Shown here piece after piece: positions 53,601 through 64,000 of a stretch of DNA of 64,000 bases. Made by a program: the position numbers and the translations under genes. Positions within the stretch are counted from its first letter, which is position 1, and each line of letters begins with the position of its first letter. Source of the stretch: Heterodontus francisci (taxonomy: Eukaryota); assembly GCF_036365525.1 (NCBI RefSeq), contig NC_090378.1, positions 122,931,593 to 122,995,592 of the forward strand, given 5' to 3'. The notes below the pieces were generated by a model. It saw only the letters and a program-made list of their open reading frames with translations, was not told where the DNA came from and searched no databases.

Positions 53601-56600
53601 CATGCACTGACACATCCCACAGTTATATGTAATATATAATAATGGACACACAGTCCCACCTCCTGTACTGACACATCCCACAGTTATATATAATATATAA
53701 TAATGGACACACAGTCACGCCTCCTGCACTGACACGTCCCACAGTTATATATAATATATAATATTGGACACACAGTCCCACCTCCTGGACTGACACGTCC
53801 CACATTTATATATAACATATAATAATGGACAAACAGTCCCACCTCCTGCACTGACACATCCCACAGTTATATATAATATATAATATTGGACACACATTCC
53901 CAATTCCTGTACTGACATGTCCCACAGTTATATATAATATATAATAATGGATACACAGTCCCACCTCCTGCACTGACACATCCCACAGTTATATATAATA
54001 TATAATAATGGATACACTGTCCCACTTCCTGCACTGACACGTCCCACAGTTATATATAATATGTAATAATGGATACACATTCCCACTTCCTGTACTGACA
54101 CGTCCCACAGTTACATATAATATATAATAATGGATACACATTCCCACCTCCTGTACTGAAACATCCCACAGTAAAAAATAATATATAACAATGGACACAC
54201 ATTCCCACTTCCTGTACTGACACGTCCCACAGTTATATATAATATATAATAATGGACACACAGTCCCACCTCCTGTACTGACACAACCCACAGTTATATA
54301 TAATATATCATAATGGAAACACAGTCCCACCTCCTGAACTGACACAACCCACAGTTTTATATAATATATCATAATGGACACACAGTCCCACCTCCTGTAC
54401 TGACACATCTCACAGTTATATAAAATATATAATAATGGACACACAGTCCCACCTCCTGTACTGACACAACCCACAGTTATATATAATATATCATAATGGA
54501 AACACAGTCCCACCTCCTGCACTGACACAACCCACAGTTTTATATAATATATAATAATGGACACACAGTCCCACCTCCTGTACTGACACATCTCACAGTT
54601 ATATAAAATATACAATAATGGACACACAGTCCCACCTCCTGTACTGACACATCCCACAGTTATATATAATATATAATAATGGGCACACATTCCCACCTCC
54701 TGCACTGACACATCCCACAGTTATATATAATATATAATAATGGATACACAGTCCCACCTCCTGCACCGACACGTCCCACAGTAATATATAATATATAATA
54801 ATGGATACACATTCCCACCTCCTGTACTGACACATCCCACAGTAAAAAATAATATATAATAATGGATACACAGTCCCACCTCCTGCACCGACACATCCCA
54901 CAGTTATATATAATATATAATAATGGATACACATTCCCACCTCCTGCACCGACACATCCCACAGTAAAAAATAATATATAATAATGGACACACAGTCCCA
55001 CCTCCTGCACCGACACATCCCACAGTTATATATAATATATAATAATGGATACACATTCCCACCTCCTGTACTGACACATCCCACAGTAAAAAATAATATA
55101 TAATAATGGATACACATTCCCACTTCCTGGACTGACACGTCCCACAGTAAAAAATAATATATAATAATGGATACACAGTCCCACCTCCTGCACCGACACA
55201 TCCCACAGTAATATATAATATATAATAATGGATACACAATCCCACCTCCTGTACTGACACATCCCTCAGTAAAAAATAATGTATAATAATGGATACACAG
55301 TCCCACCTCCTGCACCGACACATCCCACAGTAATATATAAAATATAATAATGGATACACAATCCCACCTCCTGTACTGACACATCCCTCAGTAAAAAATA
55401 ATATATTATAATGGGCACACAGTCCCACCTCCTGCACTGACGCATCCCACAGTTATATATAACATATAATAATGGATACACATTCCCACCTCCTGCACTG
55501 ACACAACCCACAGTAATATATAAAATATAATAATGGAAACACAGTCCCACCTCCTGCACTGACACATCCCACAGTTATCTCTAATATGTAATAATGGATA
55601 CACATTCCCACTTCCTGTACTGACACGTCCCACAGTTATATATAATATATAATAATGGACACACAGTCCCACCTCCTGCACTGACACATCCCACAGTTAT
55701 ATATAATATGTAATAATGGATACACATTCCCACTTCCTGTACTGACACGTCCCACAGTTATATATAATATATAATAATGGATACACATTCCCACTTCCTG
55801 TACTGACACGTCCCACAGTTTTAGAAATATATAATAATGGACACACAGTCCCACCTCCTGTACTGACACATCCCACAGTTATATATAATATATAATAATG
55901 GACACACAGTCACGCCTCCTGCACTGACACATCCCACAGTTATATATAATATATAATAATGGACACACAGTCCCACCTCCTGTACTGACACATCCCACAG
56001 TTATATATAATATATAATAATGGACACACAGTCCCACCTCCTGGACTGACACATCCCACAGTTATATATAATATATAATAATGGACACACAGTCACGCCT
56101 CCTGCACTGACACATCCCACAGTTATATATAATATATAATATTGGACACACAGTCCCACCTCCTGTACTGACACGTCCCACATTTATATATAACATATAA
56201 TAATGGACACACAGTCCCACCTCCTGTACTGATACATCCCACAGTAAAATATAAAGTATCATATTGGACACTCAGTCCCACCTCCTGCACTGACACATCC
56301 CACCGTTATATATAATATATAATAATGGACACTCAGTCCCACCTCCGGCACTGACACATCCCACAGTTATAGATAATATATAATAATGGACACACAGTCC
56401 CACCTCCTGTACTGACACATCCCACAGTTATATATAATATATAATAATGGACACTCAGTCCGACCTCCTGTACTGACACATCCCACAGTTATATATAATA
56501 TATAATAATGGGCACACATTCCCACCTCCTGCACTGACACATCCCACAGTTATATATAATATATAATAATGGACACACAGTCCCACCTCCTGCACTGACA

Positions 56601-59511
56601 CATCCCACAGTTATATATAATATATAATAATGGATACACATTCCCACTTCCTGTACTGACACATCCCACAGTTATATATAATATATAATAATGGATACAC
56701 ATTCCCACCTTCTGTACTGACACATCCCACAGTAAACAATAATATATAATAATGGATACACAGTCCCACCTCCTGCACCGACACATCCCACAGTTATATA
56801 TAATATATAATAATGGATACACATTCCCACCTCCTGTACTGACACATCCCACAGTTATATATAATATATAATAATGGACACACAGTCCCACCTCCTGTAC
56901 TGACACATCCCACAGTAAAAAATAATATATAATAATGGATACACAGTCCCACCTCCTGCACTGACACATCCCACAGTTAGATATAATATATAATAATGGA
57001 CACACAGTCCCACCTCCTGCACTGACACATCCCACAGTTAAAGATAATATATAATAATGGACACACAGTCCCACCTCCTGTACTGACACATCCCACAGTA
57101 AAAAATAATATATAATAATGGATACACAGTCCCACCTCCTGCACTGACACATCCCACAGTTATATATAATATATAATAATGGATACACATTCCCACCTCC
57201 TGTACAGACACATCTCACAGTTATATAAAATATACAATAATGGACACACAGTCCCTCCTCCTGTACTGACACATCCCACAGTTATATATAATATATAATA
57301 ATGGGCACACATTCCCACCTCCTGCACTGACACATCCCACAATTATATATAATATATAATAATGGATACACAGTCCCACCTCCTGAACTGACACATCCCA
57401 CAGTTATATATAATATATAATAATGGGCACACAGTCCCACCTCCTGCACTGACACATCCCACAGTTATATATAATATATAATAATGGATACACAGTCCCA
57501 CCTCCTGCACTGACACATCCCACAGTTATATATAATATATAATAATGGACATACAGTCCCACCTCCTGCACTGACACATCCCACAGTTATATATAATATA
57601 TAATAATGGGCACACAGTCCCACCTCCTGCACTGACACATCCCACAGTTATATATAATATATAATAATGGATACACATTCCCACCTCCTGTACAGACACA
57701 TCTCACAGTTATATAAAATATACAATAATGGACACACAGTCCCTCCTCCTGTACTGACACATCCCACAGTTATATATAATATATAATAATGGATACACAT
57801 TCCCACCTCCTGTACAGACACATCTCACAGTTATATAAAATATACAATAATGGACACACAGTCCCTCCTCCTGTACTGACACATCCCACAGTTATATATA
57901 ATATATAATAATGGGCACACATTCCCACCTCCTGCACTGACACATCCCACAGTTATATATAATATATAATAATGGATACACAGTCCCACCTCCTGCACCG
58001 ACACGTCCCACACTTATATATAATATCAAATAATGGATACACATTCCCAATTCCTGTACTGACATGTCCCACAGTTATATATAATATATAATAATGGATA
58101 CACTGTCCCACTTCCTGCACTGACACGTCCCACAGTTATATATAATATGTAATAATGGATACACAGTCCCACCTCCTGTACTGACACGTCCCACAGTTAT
58201 ATATAATATATAATAATGGATACACAGTCCCACCTCCTGCACTGACACATCCCACAGTTATATATAATATATAATAATGGATACACTGTCCCACTTCCTG
58301 TACTGACACGTCCCACAGTTACATATAATATATAATAATGGATACACTGTCCCACTTCCTGCACTGACACGTCCCACAGTTATATATAATATGTAATAAT
58401 GGATACACAGTCCCACCTCCTGTACTGACACGTCCCACAGTTATATATAATATATAATAATGGATACACAGTCCCACCTCCTGCACTGACACATCCCACA
58501 GTTATATATAATATATAATAATGGATACACAGTCCCACCTCCTGTACTGACACGTCCCACAGTTACATATAATATATAATAATGGATACACATTCCCACC
58601 TCCTGTACTGAAACATCCCACAGTAAAAAATAATATATAACAATGGACACACATTCCCACTTCCTGTACTGACACGTCCCACAGTTATATATAATATATA
58701 ATAATGGACACACAGTCCCACCTCCTGTACTGACACAACCCACAGTTATATATAATATATCATAATGGAAACACAGTCCCAGCTCCTGAACTGACACAAC
58801 CCACAGTTTTATATAATATATCATAATGGACACACAGTCCCACCTCCTGTACTGACACATCTCACAGTTATATAAAATATATAATAATGGACACACAGTC
58901 CCACCTCCTGTACTGACACATCTCACAGTTATATAAAATATATAATAATGGACACACAGTCCCACCTCCTGTACTGACACAACCCACAGTTTTATATAAT
59001 ATATAATAATGGACACACAGTCCCACCTCCTGTACTGACACATCTCACAGTTATATAAAATATACAATAATGGACACACAGTCCCACCTCCTGTACTGAC
59101 ACATCCCACAGTTATATATAATATATAATAATGGGCACACATTCCCACCTCCTGCACTGACACATCCCACAGTTATATATAATATATAATAATGGATACA
59201 CAGTCCCACCTCCTGCACTGACACAACCCACAGTTTTATATAATATATAATAATGGACACACAGTCCCACCTCCTGTACTGACACATCTCACAGTTATAT
59301 AAAATATACAATAATGGACACACAGTCCCACCTCCTGTACTGACACATCTCACAGTTATATAAAATATACAATAATGGACACACATTCCCACCTCCTGCA
59401 CTGACACATCCCACAGTTATATATAATATATAATAATGGATACACAGTCCCACCTCCTGCACCGACACTTCCCACAGTAATATATAGTATATAATAATGG
59501 ATATTATTATA

Positions 59512-59864
59512 TCCATGTCTCCGTTATAAAGACGTCTACAAACGCGACATGAAATCGTGTGACATTGATCACAAGTCGTGGGAGTCAGTTGCCAGCATTC
59601 GCCAGAGCTGGCGGGCAGCCATAAAGACAGGGCTAAATTGTGGCGAGTCGAAGAGACTTAGTAGTTGGCAGGAAAAAAGACAGAGGCGCAAGGGGAGAGC
59701 CAACTGTGCAACAGCCCCAACAAACAAATTTCTCTGCAGCACCTGTGGAAGAGCCTGTCACTCCAGAATTGGCCTTTATAGCCACTCCAGGCGCTGCTTC
59801 ACAAACCACTGACCACCTCCAGGCGCGTATCCATTGTCTCTCGAGATAAGGAGGCCCAAAAGAA
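59512..59864 (+). mobile_element. RTE-clade retrotransposon, 3'-terminal ~350 bp, same family as 45511-47674
   Basis: 3 differences from the longer copy by manual alignment; TSD AATAATGGATA at 59493-59503 and 59863-59873. Confidence 0.93.
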
Positions 59865-62800
59865 TAATGGATACACATTCCCACCTCCTGTACTGACACA
59901 TCCCACAGTTTTATATAATATATAATAATGGATACACATTCCCACTTCCTGGACTGACACGTCCCACAAATAATATATAATAATGGATACACAGTCCCAC
60001 CTCCTGCACCGACACATCCCACAGTAATATATAAAATATAATAATGGATACACAGTCCCACCTCCTGTACTGACACATCCCTCAGTAAAGAATAATATAT
60101 AATAATGGATACACATTCCCACTTCCTGTACTGACACGTCCCACACTTATATATAATATATAATAATGGATACACATTCCCCATTCCTGTACTGACACGT
60201 CCCACAGTTATATATAATATATAATAATGGATACACAGTCCCACCTCCTGCACTGACACATCCCACAGTTATATATAATATATAATAATGGATATACATT
60301 CCCACTTCCTGCACTGACACGTCCCACAGTTATATATAATATGTAATAATGGATACACATTCCCACTTCCTGTACTGACACGTCCCACAGTTATATATAA
60401 TATATAATAATGGATACACATTCCCACCTCCTGAACTGAAACATCCCACAGTATAAAATAATATATGACAATGGACACACATTCCCACTTCCTGTACTGA
60501 CACATCCCACAGTTATATATAATATATAATAATGGACACACAGTCCCACCTCCTGTACTGACACAACCCACAGTTATATATAATATATCATAATGGAAAC
60601 ACACTCCCACCTCCTGAACTGACACAACCCACAGTTTTATATAATATATAATAATGGACACACAGTCCCACCTCCTGTACTGACACATCCCACAGTTATA
60701 TATAATATATCACAATGGACACACAGTCCCACCTCATGTACTGACACATCTCACAGTTATATAAAATATATAATAATGGACACACAGTCCCACCTCCTGT
60801 ACTGACACAACCCACAGTTATATATAATATATCATAATGGAAACACAGTCCCACCTCCTGCACTGACACAACCCACAGTTTTATATAATATATAATAATG
60901 GACACACAGTCCCACCTCCTGTACTGACACATCTCACAGTTATATAAAATAGACAATAATGGACACACAGTCCCACCTCCTGTACTGACACATCCCACAG
61001 TTATATATAATATATAATAATGGGCACACATTCCCACCTCCTGTACTGACACGTCCCACAGTTATATAGAATATATAATAATGGACACACAGTCCCACCT
61101 CCTGTACTGACACATCGCACAGTTATATAAAATATACAATAATGGACACACAGTCCCACCTCCTGTACTGACTCGTCCCACAGTTATATATAATATATAA
61201 TAATGGACACACAGTCCCACCTCCTGTAGTGACACATCTCACAGTTATATAAAATATACAATAATGGACACACAGTCCCACCTCCTGTACTGACACATCC
61301 CACAGTTATATATTATATATAATAATGGGCACACATTGCTACCTCCTGCACTGACACATCTCACAGTTATATAAAATATACAATAATGGACACACAGTCC
61401 CTCCTCCTGTACTGACACATCCCACAGTTATATATAATATATAATAATGGGCACACTTTCCCACCTCCTGCACTGACACATCCCACAGTTATATATAATA
61501 TATAATAATGGATACACAGTCCCACCTCCTGCACCGACACGTCCCACACTTATATATAATATATAATAATGGATACACATTCCCAATTCCTGTACTGACA
61601 TGTCCCACAGTTATATATAATATATAATAATGGATACACAGTCCCACCTCCTGCACTGACACATCCCACAGTTATATATAATATATAATAATGGATAAAC
61701 TGTCCCACTTCCTGCACTGACACGTCCCACAGTTATATATAATATGTAATAATGGATACACATTCCCACTTCCTGAACTGACACAACCCACAGTTTTATA
61801 TAATATATCATAATGGACACACAGTCCCACCTCCTGTACTGACACATCTCACAGTTATATAAAATATATAATAATGGACACACAGTCCCACCTCCTGTAC
61901 TGACACAACCCACAGTTATATATAATATATCATAATGGAAACACAGTCCCACCTCCTGCACTGACACAACCCACAGTTTTATGTAATATATAATAATGGA
62001 CACACAGTCCCACCTCCTGTACTGACAGATCTCACAGTTATATAAAATATACAATAATGGACACACAGTCCCACCTCCTGTACTGACACATCCCACAGTT
62101 ATATATAATATATAATAATGGATACACAGTCCCACCTCCTGCACCGACACGTCCCACAGTAATATATAATATATAATAATGGATACACATTCCCACCTCC
62201 TGTACTGACACATACCACAGTAAAAAATAATATATAATAATGGATACACAGTCCCACCTCCTGCACCGACACATCCCACAGTTATATATAATATATAATA
62301 ATGGATACACATTCCCACTTCCTGGACTGACACGTCCCACAGTAAAAAATAATATATAATAATGGATACACAGTCCCACCTCCTGCACCGACACATCCCA
62401 CAGTAATATATAAAATATAATAATGGATACACAGTCCCACCTCCTGTACTGACACATCCCTCAGTAATGAATAATATATAATAATGGATACACATTCCCA
62501 CTTCCTGTACTGACACGTCCCACACTTATATATAATATATAATAATGGATACACATTCCCAATTCCTGTACTGACACGTCCCACAGTTATATATAATATA
62601 TAATAATGGATACACAGTCCCACCTCCTGCACTGACACATCCCACAGTTATATATAATATATAATAATGGATATACATTCCCACTTCCTGCACTGACACG
62701 TCCCACAGTTATATATAATATGTAATAATGGATACACATTCCCACTTCCTGTACTGACACGTCCCACAGTTATATATAATATATAATAATGGATACACAT

Positions 62801-64000
62801 TCCCACCTCCTGAACTGAAACATCCCACAGTATAAAATAATATATGACAATGGACACACATTCCCACTTCCTGTACTGACACATCCCACAGTTATATATA
62901 ATATATAATAATGGACACACAGTCCCACCTCCTGTACTGACACAACCCACAGTATATATATAATATATCATAATGGAAACACAGTCCCACCTCCTGAACT
63001 GACACAACCCACAGTTTTATATAATATATAATAATGGACACACAGTCCCACCTCCTGTACTGACACATCTCACAGTTATATAAAATATATAATAATGGAC
63101 ACACAGTCCCACCTCCTGTACTGACACAACCCACAGTTATATATAATATATCATAATGGAAACACAGTCCCACCTCCTGCACTGACACAACCCACAGTTT
63201 TATATAATATATAATAATGGACACACAGTCCCACCTCCTGTACTGACACATCTCACAGTTATATAAAATAGACAATAATGGACACACAGTCCCACCTCCT
63301 GTACTGACACATCTCACAGTTATATATAATATATAATAATGGACACACATTCCCACCTCCTTCACTGACACATCCCACAGTTATATATAATATATAATAA
63401 TGGACACACAGTTCCACCTCCAGTACTGACACGTCCCACAGTTATATATAATATATAATAATGGACACACAGTCCCACCTCCTGTACTGACACATCTCAC
63501 AGTTATATAAAATATACAATAATGGACACACAGTCCCACCTCCTGTACTGACACGTCCCACAGTTATATATAATATATAATAATGGACACACAGTCCCAC
63601 CTCCTGAAGTGACACATCTCACAGTTATATAAAATATACAATAATGGACACACAGTCCCACCTCCTGTACTGACACATCCCACAGTTATATATTATATAT
63701 AATAATGGGCACACATTCCTACCTCCTGCACTGACACATCCCACAGTTATATATAATATATAATAATGGACACACAGTCCCACCTCCTGCACTGACACAT
63801 CCCACAGTTATATATAATATATAATAATGGATACACATTCCCACCTCGTGGACTGACACGTCCCACAGTAAAAAATAATATATAATAATGGACACACAGT
63901 CCCACCTCCTGCACTGGTACATCCCACAGTTATATATAATATATAATAATGGATACACAGTCCCACCTCCTGCACTGACACATCCCACAGTTATATATAA

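Larger units (their letters stand above)
26006..64000. repeat. 61-bp tandem satellite (ACACACAGTCCCACCTCCTGTACTGACACATCCCACAGTTATATATAATATATAATAATGG)n, ~580 units, interrupted by two RTE insertions, continues beyond window end
   Basis: Direct periodicity; recurring variant units and duplicated blocks at multiples of 61 bp (1098, 9943). Confidence 0.99.

Noticed and set aside
26105-63988. Numerous minus-strand ORFs ([19 protein letters not shown]...)
   Set aside because: Translations of the 61-bp satellite; no coding evidence

Overview
Vertebrate genomic DNA, most likely from a cartilaginous fish (shark-type kappa V gene and shark-type repeats). About 80% of the window is tandem repeat, in five arrays with units of 36, 23, 32, 43-44 and 61 bp. 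The only clearly recognisable host gene is an unrearranged immunoglobulin kappa-type (NS4-like) light-chain V segment on the + strand. It has a promoter (PU.1, variant octamer, TATA), a leader exon (25436-25484), a V exon (25671-25972) and a perfect 12-bp-spacer RSS (25973-26000). Five bases after the nonamer, a 61-bp satellite starts and runs for at least 38 kb to the window end with no J segment. Each unit carries RSS-heptamer-like CACAGT motifs, and common unit variants carry Ikaros/Ets-type sites. Two young, near-identical RTE-clade LINE copies are inserted in this satellite in opposite orientations. The non-satellite part (6.3-7.9 kb and 16-25 kb) holds decayed CR1 and L2 LINE fragments, PIF/Harbinger-type elements including a Myb/SANT-like remnant, a candidate B-cell enhancer (~19.4-19.5 kb) and a possible terminal exon of an unidentified minus-strand gene. 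A 488-N assembly gap (23690-24177) separates this left part from the V gene. Most ORFs in the supplied track are translations of satellite units and are not genes.
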